A DNA stretch of 64,000 bases from the human T2T-CHM13v2.0 reference genome, Homo sapiens, in assembly GCF_009914755.1 (NCBI RefSeq), contig NC_060947.1; one strand, written 5' to 3'. The notes under the pieces are model-generated. The model saw only the letters and a list, made by a program, of their open reading frames with translations. It had not been told where the DNA came from and did not search any database. Position 1 is the stretch's first letter. Each line of letters starts with the position of its first letter. The translations under genes were made by a program, and so were the position numbers. Below are positions 1-16,508 of the stretch, piece after piece.

Positions 1-339
1 CACATCTATTAGGTTTGTTACTAATGCAAAAGAAATTGTCCCCGATTCAGCAGCTTAAAATAACACAAATATATAAGCAGTTCTGTAGATCAGAAATCCA
101 TGCAGGCTGGATTGGTTTCTCTGCTTAGGATCTCACAAAATCAAAGTTAGGGTATCAACCAGGCTGCTGACTAACTAAGGACTCAGAGAGAACCTGTTTT
201 CAAGCACATTTGGGTTACGGGCAGGTCTAACTTCTTAAAGTTGTGGAACTGAGGTAGCCGTATACTTGCGGTCTTGGCTGAGGCCACTCTAAGCTACCTG
301 AGACCCCTCCATACCTACTTGGGTGCACCCCTCTATCTT

Positions 340-3028
<2,689 letters not shown>

Positions 3029-3095
3029 TACCTGGCACAATTAATATTTGTTGAATAATTGAATGAATTAATTTTTTTAAAAAAAGCATAGAATG

Positions 3096-3395
3096 GGCTG
3101 GGTGCAGTGGCTCATGCCTGTAATCCTAGAACCTTGGGAGGCTGAGATGGGCAGATCACTTGAGGCCAGGTTTCGAGACCAGCCTGGACAACATGGCAAA
3201 ACCCCATCTCCACTAAAAATACAAAAATTGCAGCGTGATGGCACCTGTGGTGCACCTGTAATCCCAGCTACTTCGAAGGCTGAAGCACAAGGATCGCTTG
3301 AACTGGGGTGAGGTCGAGGTGGCAGTGACTTGTGATCGTGTCACCGCACTCTAGCCTGGGCAACAGAGCAAGATTCTGTCTTTAAAAAAAATAAA
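3096..3395 (+). mobile_element. Alu (older, diverged) with TSD aaaaagcatagaatg
   Basis: Dimeric Alu sequence. The same 15-mer flanks both ends. Confidence 0.9.
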
Positions 3396-3639
3396 AAGCA
3401 TAGAATGTTCAAGTCGTATCTGGAAACAACAGCCTTACAGGGACTGCTACTGCAGCTCCAAATTATTGTATCAGACCAATCCTATCTAGGAACTACCTTT
3501 ATTATATATATTGGATATACCCCCCCACACACGCATACATATATATATATGGGGGTGTATATATAATATGTGTAATGTGTATTATATGTATAATGGGAGA
3601 TTAGAAAGTGTGTGTGTGCATGTATATATACCCCCTACC

Positions 3640-3640
<1 letters not shown>

Positions 3641-3685
<45 letters not shown>
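3641..3685. repeat. (CA)n microsatellite; copy-2 counterpart at ~20898-20938 is 4 nt shorter
   Basis: Direct reading. The copy offset changes from 17257 to 17253 here. Confidence 0.95.
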
Positions 3686-3686
<1 letters not shown>

Positions 3687-4158
3687 TAAAATCTCCCATT
3701 AGTTCTGCCTTTTCGTTGAAGGCTGATGATACAGATTTCAACATTGAGATCGGGTTCCCACCACACGAGGGGCTAAGGAAGAGTATGTGTGATATGTCTA
3801 GAGAGCTTCTTAGTCCTCCCGTGTTTTTCGATTAGAGTTAATGGAAAATCACAGCAACCCCATCCAGGCAGGATATCTAATGGTTCAGACTCTTCCGTAA
3901 TGAAGGTTTGAGTCATCCTGCCAGGCCAAGCATCATGACCAACTGACATGCTATCTCAGGGCAAAGGGAATGCGAAACGGGTAGCGAAAGAAGGTAGTTA
4001 TAAACGCCAGCTACATCAGTGTGAGCTGCTGCAGAAACCACGACTGTAATAGTATTTACCTAATGGGTTAATAATATCTACCAGCACAGGTGGGAATACA
4101 AAATAACCAAAACACAAGTTATCCTTTCAAATAAAACGCTTTGGGAAAAAGAACATCT

Positions 4159-4164
4159 TTTACT
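4159..4164 (-). terminator. Probable CT45 polyadenylation signal (variant AGTAAA); copy 2 at 21412-21417
   Basis: Minus strand reads aagaaatttctgttAGTAAAagatg, aligning with SAGE1 aataaatctctgttagtaaaag. T-rich tract downstream. Confidence 0.5.
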
Positions 4165-4334
4165 AACAGAAATTTCTTAGCCTCTGGAAGGCCAGTTGAT
4201 TCGGTAACATATGCCAGGAGACTTCAGCAATATCCTGCTCCATTGTAGAAAACAGCAATCTGATCCTTTTCTCTCCTCAATCATTAATGAGATTATGCAT
4301 TTGGGGTGTGATAATCCTCCAGGGACAAGTATTC

Positions 4335-7300
4335 TCAAATCATACGTTTCAGTTTCTTCTTAAGGTGCTTAACAAAGTCTCGTCTCATACATCTGAAGAG
4401 AAAGAGACATGTCATTAACCAAAAGATAGCCAAAGAACCTATGCTGTAGGAAGCGCTGTGACAGATAGAAAGATGAAGTAACAGTCAGCATGGAAATAGA
4501 AATGTATCTGCATGGTAAGAGGCAGTCTAGCCGGCATAACAAATGCTGGCAAGGGTGTGGAGAAAAGGGAACCCTCATACACTGTTGGTGAGAACATAAA
4601 TTACTACAACAACTATGAAGAACAGTTTGGAGGTTCCTCAAACAACTAAAAATGGAGCTATCATATGATCCAGCAATCCCACTGCTGGGTATATACCCAA
4701 GAGAAAGGAAGTCAGTGTACCGAAGAGATATCTGCACTCCCATGTTTCCTGCACCACCATTCACAGTAGCCAAGATTTGGAAGCAACCTAAGTGTCCACT
4801 AACACGTGAATGGGTAAAGAAAATATGGTACATATACACCATAGAGTACTGTTTAGCCATAAAAAAAAGAATGAGATTCAGTCATTTGCAACAACACGGA
4901 TAGAACCGAAGGTCCTTATGTTAAGTGAAATAAGCCAGGCACAGAAAGACAAACTTCACATGTTCTCACTTATTTTTGGGAGTAAAAGTGTAAAACAACT
5001 GAACTAATGGAGATAGAGAGTAGAATGACAGTTACCAGAGGCTACAAAGGTTAGTGGGGGTGGAGGGTGTGGGAAGTGGGGATGATTAATACGTAGAAGT
5101 ATGGAATAAATAAGATGTCGTATTTCATAGCCCAACAGGGTGACTATAGTTGGTAATAATTTAATTGCACATTTAAAAATAATGAAGAGTATAATTGTAT
5201 TCTCTGTAACGCAAAGGATAAAAGCTTGAGGTGATAGAAACCCCACTTACCTTGATGTGATTATTACACATTGTTGTCTGTATCACAATATCTCATATAG
5301 CCCAGAAATATATGCATCTGCTATGTGCCTACACAAATTTTTTAAAAAGAGGTAGTCTAGCAAATACAAAGAGTGTCAATTGAGGGACAATGCGCACCTC
5401 AGACTATGGTGAAAATGGAAGTCTCCATAGTCTTCGAAGAATGAGTTAGACTCAGATAACATTAGCCTAAGTAACTGTGGAGACAGCCATAACTGTGAGT
5501 GAGGACCAGGGTTTGAGAAACGCAAGGCAGGGGCTGTTCCCCAACGCTCACCCCCAGTGCTCTATTGAGCCCAAGTGCTTAAAGAAATTGGACAGTTCCT
5601 ATTTCTACCCACCTTGCTGCTTCCTTGATGATGGATTCAAAAAATCGTTTCCTGACTGCAGTAGGTCCTTGCACTCCTTCAAGCATTTCGAAGATTTTTT
5701 CATATTCTGAAGATGTTGAAAAAAAAAACTTCAGTATTATCAAATATAAAGAAGAATAGAAGTGAATCTACACCTCAGCAATCATGCTTCAGAGGCTGAA
5801 ATGTTTTAAATGCTTAAATCAAGATACCTGCACATACAAAACCTAAATAATAAAAAAGACACCTGCACATACATACGAATGTAACTCCTTTAACCATAAC
5901 CAAGTAAGAAAAGAAAAAGAAAAAATGTACATGCTTTAGTCAAAGAAAAGAGGAACCACCATAAATTATGTGCAATCTCAACTCTGGCAAAGAATGAAAC
6001 TCAACAGGCAACATGAATATCTTCTGAATCATAGAAAGAGAGACTTCCTATAGTTTTATAAAACAGACATTCTTATACTACTTACTTTGTCCAACGCATC
6101 GGAGTTCCTTCACTAATTTACGTTTTATATCAGCATTAATTTCTTGTTGGCTTTTGGGAGAGGAGGCTGTTTCTCTGCATTCTAGGTCATCTCCAGAGAA
6201 ACTGCTGGTAACGTTTCCTCCCACAGGTGCATTGCTACCAGGTTTCTGCATCATCCTATCTTTGCTGAAACCAGTGAAGTCATCAATCTGAGAATCCAAT
6301 TGGCTGGGTGGAATAGCATGTCCTGTCATAAGCTCTGGTGAAACAGATTTTGAGTAAAAGCCATCAGTTGGTGTTTGACCACTTTCTTTCCCCTCCACAT
6401 AGACCTCATGAATGACAGCTCTGGAAATCAAACTGAGAAGTTGAGCTGTGAGATATGTGTGTTTCATCACCCCTCTGGGTACATCTATGTGCTCCTCAGT
6501 TTCTAGGGAATTATTTATTTCATAAATGGGAGGATACACCAGGGAGAAATCCCAGGCCTGACAAACGGAGGCCAGGACACATAATACAATAAAACCACCT
6601 CTTATTTTCTGGCCCTATGAATAGACATGGAAACCAAGTAAGGCAGTACAACTCTAAAGCAACATTCACAGATCCCTGGTACTCATGGGACAGTTTCAGC
6701 TTGTTATGCTTTACAAGTTGAAAGCAGCAAGTCTCACTTGATATCATGATTTCTCAAATTCACTTACAAACTGCCATGTTTTACTAAGCTGGAAGCCAGA
6801 CAACTTGGACACACCTCAACCAGCCTCCTCTCTACATCAAACATATTCTGAGAAAATAGAGGTGGCCATTACTGCTGAAAGTTCTATACGTACTCCATCA
6901 ACAAAAAATCCCTTTTAGTGTATGATTTTCCTCATCCTTCCTTTCTGTCTCACAAAAGTGACTTTCTTTTCACTCCAGGTCTGACACCTCTCATTTATTC
7001 ATCGTCTGTGGCAGGCAGCATGCCGGTAGCTGGGGATCAGCAGTAAACAGCCCAGAGAGCAACGTTCCCTGCCCTTGTGGAGCTCACATCCTCATGGGGC
7101 GGTCAGACAGTACGTGCACAATGAGCAAATGAAACATACAGTGTTGGGCTAGTGGTAAGGAAGCAGTCCACAGGCCTGTGGGCAACAGCAGCAGAGGGAG
7201 CCCCAGGAGCTGCTGCTGGTTGGGCAGAGCCTTCTGTGGAGGTACCCTTGGGCAGGGCTTGAAGGAAAAAGCAGAGCTGCCTGCGCAGAGGCAGAGGGGG

Positions 7301-8423
7301 AGTTCCAGGTTGCGGTGAGGCCAAGGATATGGGCTGGAGTGGGGATGGACCGGGCACTACGGGGTGAAGGACAGTAGCAGAGAGAGTCAGGAGATGATGG
7401 GGCCCGTGTGAGGAGAGGGTGACGGAGGCCAGGCCACGCAGAACCTCGCAGACCAAAGCTGCTTCGCAGTCGGTTCTGAGTGCTTAGGAGTGTTGAGGAT
7501 GGGTGTTCAGGAGCGACATGGCATCACGTGATTTACATGCCAACATCATGACCCGGCTGCAGGGTTGGAGGGTATGTGTTTGATGCGGGAAATAATGGGA
7601 AACATGGAGGTATCTCAGGAGCTCAGTGATTGATCGTGGCAGAGTGGAATAGAAGGAGAGAGAGAGATGCTGGGGTTCAGGAATTTTTTACAGTATTTAG
7701 AGAAGAGAAGAAAAAGAAATGTAGAAAAAAACAATGATGGGGTCGGGGGCGGTGGCTCGTGCGTGTAATCCCAGCACTTTGGGAGGCTGAGGTGGGTGGA
7801 TCACCTGAGGGGGGGAGTTCCAGACCAGCCTGGCCGACATGGCGAAACCCCATCTCTACTAAACTTACAAAAATTAGCTGGGTGTGGTGGCTGGTGCTTG
7901 TAATCCCGCTACTCGGGAGGCTGCGGCAGAAGAATCACTTGAACCCAGGAGACGGAGATTTCAGTGAGCCGAGATCGCGCCACTGCACTCCAGCCTGGCT
8001 GAGAAGAGCGAAACTCCATCTCAAGAAAAAAATGATAGGGATTCACCAATACGGACAAGAAATTAAAAAAAAAAAAAAGATTGTCGGAAATGGAAATCCT
8101 AGAAGGTTTTCATGAAGAAGCGAGTGAACAACTGTCAAATGCTGCTGAGAAGTTAATGGCAATGTCAGCCGAAACTGTTAACCTTGACAAGGACAGTTTC
8201 TCTGGAGGGGATGAGGCAGGAGCATGAGGAGGACGTGAGGACAGGCTTACTTACTCTTTGCTTTGGACATGGCAGAGCCTGCAATAAGGCTGTCTCCTGC
8301 TCCTTGTTTCCTTGCCAACAGGGCCATCCTCTGCCTTTTCTGATACGAAGGACTGTCACATTCCCTGGGACGTTTAAACACAGTTTCAGGATCTACAGCC
8401 ACCTTCTCTGTTTTATCGGTCAT
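4335..8423 (-). CDS. CT45A: Cancer/testis antigen family 45 member A, 189 aa ([22 protein letters not shown]...[11 protein letters not shown]). Coding exons 8423-8255, 6334-6086, 5706-5613, 4392-4335. Paralog number uncertain (CT45A9 by position)
   Basis: All introns are GT-AG. Exon lengths 169+249+94+58=570 nt form an open frame ending in TGA. The protein matches CT45A as recalled, with the C-terminal INTS6/SAGE1/DDX26B/CT45 domain. Confidence 0.95.
4537..5345 (+). mobile_element. Older L1 3' end (L1MA/L1PB-like) in CT45 last intron; also at ~21790-22598
   Basis: ORF2 C-terminus-like peptide [15 protein letters not shown]...WKQPKCP and an L1M-type 3'UTR. Confidence 0.85.
7740..8032 (+). mobile_element. 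Alu (S-like) in CT45 intron 2; also at ~24991-25283
   Basis: Full dimeric Alu sequence. Confidence 0.9.
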
Positions 8424-8899
8424 TGTTTCCTGAAAAACATCAATGAATATATTCTATTCATGACAAAAATCTAACAATCACAAAATGGCAAGCAATCTGC
8501 ATATGTGTATACAACCAAGACTTTGAATCATTAATTTCACTTTTAATCATGAGCCAAGATTTACCAAGTCTCAACAAACACTCTGTTCTCAGGAAAAGAA
8601 ACCTAATTTTAATGTACACAAAGTAAAACAGAAGAAAGATGGTATAACCAAATCAATCAGAATGCTTGTGGAATAAGCAGCTGTCATCAACCAAAAATAG
8701 ATAAAAATATTATTACCTATTTGAAGATGTATAAGCCAATCTGTATTAACCCTTATTAGAAAAAATGGATGTATAAACCAATCTGTATTAACCCTTATTA
8801 TACATTATATTTTAAATTATATATTATATATCATATATATTTAATATATAAGTATTTATGCTTATATATTCAAATAGATGCATAAACCAACGTGTATTA

Positions 8900-9850
8900 A
8901 CCCTTATTAGGAACCCTTATTAGAAGATTGATACAAAACTGATAACAACATCTGACAAGGAATTTAGAAGAATGAAAAACTACAAGATCAAGCCAAAAAT
9001 ACAAGCCAAGATCACCCCGAACTTAGACACAAAAATTCCAAACTAAGGGTGAGCAAATAAAATGTACTAGTACTTAAAAAGGACATACATCAGCCATGGT
9101 GGAGTATATTGCAGAAAGGCAACACTGATTTAACATTTGAAAATCGACAAATGTAGTGCACCACATTAACAACAACAACAACAACAACAACAAAAACAGG
9201 GAAACACCGCATGATCATTTTCATACATGGATCAATGTTTAAAGTCCATTCGTGATAAAAACTATCACCAACTTAGGAAAAAGGGCAACTTTCCTATTCT
9301 GGTTAGCATATGTACAAAAAATTTTTAAATGCCATACTTCATAGTGACGTATCAGTATTTTCTCCCTGAGTTTGAACACAAGACAAAGATGTCCACTATC
9401 CATTCAACAATTTACTGGAGGTTCTAAAAAGTGCCATATCATCAGGAAAATACAATAGGTTTAAAATTTGGAAAGAAAGAAAACTGTCATTATTCACAGA
9501 TGACATTGTTCTGTACATAGAAAAATGCAGAAGAATAAAATCATTACAGTTAATAAGCAAATTTAGTCAACTTACTAGATACAATGAAAACCAATGGCAT
9601 TTCTGTATAATGAATAGCAATTCTGTATAATGAATGGCATTATACAGAATGGCAATTCTGTATAACGAATAATTAGAATATGAGATTTCAAATGTCGTTA
9701 AAAACAGTTCCAAAAACATCAAATATTTAGGAATAAATCTAATCAAGATGTGCTAGAGTACTTCACAAAAATTATAAAACATCACTCAGAGAAATTCAAG
9801 ACTGCAGTAAATGGAGAAAAATATTCTTTCCATGCATTGGAAGACATTAC
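8900..9850 (+). mobile_element. Ancient L1M ORF2 remnant; also at ~26155-27103
   Basis: A-rich degenerate ORF2 motifs (ctgtcattattcacagatgac = LFTDD RT motif; aaatatttaggaataaatcta = KYLGINL). Confidence 0.7.
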
Positions 9851-10365
9851 TTTTTTTTTTTTTTTGGGTCGGAGCCTCGCTCTGTCACCCAGGCTGCAGT
9901 GGAGTGGCACAGTCTCTGCTCACTGCAACCTCCACTTCCCAGGTTCAAGCAATTCTCCTGCCTCAGCCTCCTGAGTAGCTGCGATTACGGGCGCCTGCCA
10001 CGACGCTGGATAAAGAAAATGTGGTACATATACACCACGGAATACTATGCAGCCATCAAAAAGAATGAGTTCATGTCCTTTGAAGGGACATGTGTCAGCA
10101 AGCTAACACAGGAACAGAAAACCAAACACCACGTGTCCTCACTCATAAGTGGGAGTTGAACAATGAGAACACATGGACGCGGGGAGAAGAACATCACACA
10201 GTGGGGCCTGTCAGGGGTTGGGGGGCTAGGGGAGGGATAGCATTAGAGAAATACCTAAGGTAGATGACGGGTCAATGGGTGCAGCAAACAACCATGGCAT
10301 GTGTCTTCCTATGTAACAAACCTGCACGTTCTGCCCATGTATCCCGGAACTTAAAGTATAATTTT
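9851..10365. mobile_element. Chimera: antisense Alu right arm (9851-~10006) fused to sense L1PA 3' end (~10006-10365); also at ~27104-27617
   Basis: Poly-T plus Alu arm runs directly into ctggataaagaaaatgtggtacatatacacc (L1). Confidence 0.85.
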
Positions 10366-11915
10366 AAGAAAAGGAATATTATCGTAATGGCATTGGGTGA
10401 GTCAAAGATGTTTCTTAAAATAATAAAAAGCACTATCCATAAATAATACACTAATTAATAAAAGTAAGAGAATCTGTTCATCTACAACACATTATTGAGA
10501 TCGTGTAAAAGCAAAAAAGATTTATAGAAGATACTAAAATTGTATATGTATTTTTGTATATGTACATATACGCCTGTGTGCCTGTGCGTATAACTCAAAT
10601 ACAGAATATATGGAAACTACACATCCATTTTTAAAATACAAACATCTCAGTAAAAGCTGGGGGAAAATACCTGAAAAGGAACTTCATAAAAGGCATAGTT
10701 AAATGACCAATAAACACATAAAATGGTGCTTAAAAAAAAAAAAAGAAAACAATAAATAGCTGGGTGTGGTGGCACTGCAATCCAGTCTGGGTGACAGAGG
10801 GAGACCTCATCTCAAAAGACAAACAAAAATCAATAAATAAAAACAATTTCTTAAAAAGGTGCTCGATCTCATTAATCAGCAGAGAAATGCGAGTGTAGAC
10901 ACAAGGAGAGATCACTGCACACCCATCAGAGTGGCTGGAATGAAAGACTAACTGTACTGCGAGTGTTCGAATGTGGCACAGCTGGAACCTTCGAATATTT
11001 CTGGACTCCCATTCCCACACAGACACCTGAGGCTGTGGCTGAAAGGTCAGATAGAATCCCAGGAAAGAGCTCCTTCAGAATTGCGATCAACCAACCGAGG
11101 AAAAGCACCCCAACCTGGGTCGAGACAGAGTTCCCAAGGTCACGTGGCCTCCTTCATGGCTGACACAGAGCTCCCTGAGTCCCACCATAGGCTTAGAGAA
11201 TCCAAGGAACATTACCCCATTCCCCGGCGGCACCGGGAGAGAGCACCTACAGATAATAATTTTAAAAACCCAGCACCAAGAGAAAGCATCCAGTAAGCGT
11301 CCACAACGGGGATAAGCAGAACCAAAGAAAAGCCAACACATTGTAACTGAGAGCGAGCAACATCCGAGGACAAATGCGCCTCACGGCCGACATCAGTACC
11401 CAAGGAAGAGTCCACCAGAGGTTGAGATAAAGCCCCCGACAGTGACCCCACAGGGCTACGATCATGTGTCCGGGGCACAGCCACCCCCACCACGTTCCAT
11501 GAGCACAGATAGTGTCCCCAGGGCAGAGTCCCCCCTCAGGACAGCGACTGAGCGGGAAAGAAACACCGCCGCACCCGAGGCCGACACAGGCAACCAAGGC
11601 ATGGCCCCCACCCCCCGGGCTCAGGTCATTTCAGCAGGAAAAGTCGCCTTTTCCATCACCGACAGGGAGCCCCCAAGAAGAGCCCCCAAGAAAAGCCCCC
11701 TGGCCCCACAACATAGCCGAGACGGGGTGCCCAAGGAAAACGCTCCCCCGCGGCTGACACAGGCGCCCATGGCGGTGTCCCCAGAGCTAAGCCACTTCCC
11801 CAAGGGAGCCCTCCCACACACCGGACAGAGAACACCACAGAAAAGACTCTTTCTGAGGAAAAAGGACACTTTCCAGGGCGAAATTAAAGCATCCAGGGAA
11901 AAACTGCCCACTCAC

Positions 11916-12180
11916 AGTCCTGAAGTCCTGACCTTGCTGGAGGAGAGACGGCGGCACCTCACAAAATGGCAGTGAAGTTGTGGCGCCTCCCCACTGGTGG
12001 CACTTTCTAGAAACCTGCCCTCTGGGAGTTGTGGGAAATGTGCCCCCTAGGGCACCTGGGAGTGATGTGCATGGGGAGGCGTCTCACCAGAAGCACCGAT
12101 CCCGTTTGGCCCAAGGGGGATGGGAGGAAGGGAAGTAGCCAGCCACAGCGTGCCTGCCCCAGCCGAACACTGGGAACCTG
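11916..12180 (-). promoter_or_regulatory. CT45A copy 1 promoter / non-coding exon 1 (donor GTGAGT at 11915-11910; alternative GTCAGG at 11932-11927); TSS not resolvable
   Basis: GC/CpG-enriched block upstream of the ATG exon, consensus donor, and a YY1-like AAAATGGC at 11963-11970. Conserved in all three copies. Confidence 0.7.
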
Positions 12181-12347
12181 TTGGGGGCGCCAGAGTGCTG
12201 AGGAGAAGCCTCGTGCCCCAGAGAACCAGGAAGCGCAGCCCTCCCCTTCGCTGACTCTGGCGCCCTCTACAGGCGACCTTCAGTAACAACTGCACAGCAA
12301 CGTATGCGGAGGAATGCAGAACCTTCTCACCCAGCGGGATGAAATCG

Positions 12348-14255
<1,908 letters not shown>

Positions 14256-15814
14256 AATTAATTAAAATTAAAATTAAAAATTATGTTTGTTAAGTACCCT
14301 GTTAGAAGAGAGTCATATTCAGTATTACAGCTTCTTAGCCTATTGTGTTAATATTTGCCTGTGCTTCAGAACCTTCATAGAACACATTTTCTTTTGGAAT
14401 ATATTTGATTGATAGGAAAGCTTAAACATTGTTTTCACTTTGATGTAGGAACAGTTGTTTTGTTTGTTTCCTCTAGTGCTATCAAAATAAAATACTCATT
14501 TTTTGCATTAAAAAAATCCCACCAGAGCAGTACTCATAGGAGTATTTGATTGAATAACCATGAGACTGGAATCTTGTTGGGGCTTAATTAGAATCCTGCC
14601 TACCACACAAGCCACAAGTGGACAGCTGCATACGACAGTCCTGACTGGGACAGCCCTGAAGGACAGTGATGAAGGGAAATCCTCCCAGAGGGAAGAACTT
14701 TGAGCAGTGCACCTTCTTGGAGGAGGCATATCCAGACGTGTAAGTATGTATCATGCATAGGCTGTGTCCCACTCATTCGCTGAATTGTCAGGGACTTTGA
14801 GAACACACGATTAAAAATGTGCGACAAAGAAGTCTGAGAAAAAAAAAAATATGTGGACAGGCCTGTCCAAACGGACATACAATGTGAAGATATTGGGGTC
14901 TCATGAGAGTTCTCAGCAAAGGGTATCCTCAGCAGAGCAGAATTTTAATAATCAGATGGATAAGGTACTTATTATCTAGGTATTAATCAGCCTCTTTCCC
15001 TAACACGTGTGTCACAATCTTACCGGCTCAACAAACAAAGTGGTCAAACTGGCAGGGTTGGAGATTATGCGCAGTAGCATGGACCTCCACTCACCATGGC
15101 AAACCTGGCTACGGTCATTGCTGAGTGAAAAATCTTCCAGGAATGGAGACCAACACTAAGCCCCCAATTTGGCACCAGACTCCAGAATGATCTGCCAGCC
15201 ACTAGTTGGTATGTGGATTACAATAGATCACTTCTAGTATAAAAAGAGAAGTGCTTTCTTCTTACCTGAACAGACATTTAGTCTAGATATGGATTTTCCT
15301 TCCCACTTGCAGTGCTTTTGAGAAAACCAATGTTTGTATCTCGGCTTCCAAAATTCTGGAAAGCGCTAGTTCCTCAAGTTCCTAGGGTTATTCATTCTGG
15401 AGACTCTAGTATACTCTGCAAGAAAACCTGTAGGCCATCCACCAAAATGCCCAAATGGAGTCACTCTTAAATAACGAGCCCTGCATGTTTCCAGAAACTC
15501 TAATTATCAGTGAAAAGTTTACTATGGCAGCGATTTCGCCACCCAGGGCAATTGGAGAATGGCAGATACTAGGGACCATTAACTCTGTGAAAGCTGTAGA
15601 AGACTGCAGTCAAGACAGTTACAGAACCAAAAGTGACAGTCTTCTATTTCCGATGTTTGTACAAAGAGGACATACAATTAATAAAGTGGTCGAGGAACAG
15701 GTTTCTGCTTTAATACCAAAAACTAACATAGAAACCTGTAAAGGTGTCCAAGTATAGTAATCCTTTTCCTGTGTATTTGGTTAAGATTTAAAACTGAAGC
15801 TTTCTTTGTTAGCT

Positions 15815-16095
15815 TTTTTAAAATTATAGATGCCAGAAGGGTACATGTACAGATTTCTCACTTGGATATAATTGCACAGTGCCGGGGTTTGGGCTTCTAG
15901 TGAACTCATCACCCAAATAGTGAAGAGAGTATCCAATAGGTAGTTTTTCAACCCTCCGACCCGCTCCCTCCCTCCCCTCTACCTCCATTTTGGAGTCCCC
16001 AGAGTCAATGGTTTCTACCTTTATTTTCATGTGTACCCATTGTTTAGCTCCCACATATGAATGAGAACACGCAGTATCTCATTTTCTGATTATCA
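15815..16095 (-). mobile_element. L1 3'UTR fragment (L1PB/L1MA-like)
   Basis: gtgtacccattgtttagctcccacatatgaatgagaac is the antisense L1 3' end. Confidence 0.75.
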
Positions 16096-16133
16096 GATTT
16101 TGCTTCTGCGTTTCACTTAAAAGTGAAGTTTTC

Positions 16134-16508
16134 ACCGGACACAGTGGCTCACGCCTGTAATCCCAGGATTTGGGAGGCAGAAGCGGGTGGATCACTTGAG
16201 GTCAGGAGTTCCAGACGAGGCTGGCCAAAGTGGCGAAACCACATCTCTACCAAAAATACAAAAAATAGCTGGGGCCCTGCGCAGTGGCTCGCACTTGCAC
16301 TTTGGGAGTCTGAGGTGGGCATATCACTTGAGGTCAGGAGTTTGAGACTAGCCTGGCCAACATGGTGAAACTCTGTCTCTACTAAGAAATACAAACAATT
16401 AGCCAGGTGTGATAATGCGTTTCTATAGTCCCAGCTACACAAGGAGGCTGAGGCAAGAGAACTGCTTGAACCCGGGAGGTGGAGGTTGCAGTGAGCCGAG
16501 ATTGCACC
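16134..16508 (+). mobile_element. Composite Alu (left arm followed by a truncated second Alu)
   Basis: Two successive left-arm sequences, then a partial right arm. Confidence 0.8.

Noticed and set aside
7103-7456. 117-aa ORF with an apparent homologue at 43490-43744
   Set aside because: Shared intronic sequence from the CT45/SAGE1 duplication. No ATG start at 7456 and different ORF limits in the two copies.
8725-8925. Three short copies of gatgtataa.ccaa..tgtattaacccttattag
   Set aside because: Local slippage in AT-rich L1M-adjacent intron; no evidence of function.
11442-11975. 177-aa plus-strand ORF antisense to CT45 intron 1 (also 28694-29227)
   Set aside because: Starts at GTG in GC-rich sequence. 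Identity between copies only reflects recent duplication, and the frame is broken in the diverged copy at ~33200-33715.
15455-15757. 100-aa ORF in apparently non-repetitive sequence
   Set aside because: No recognisable domain, splice structure or homologue; within the range expected by chance.
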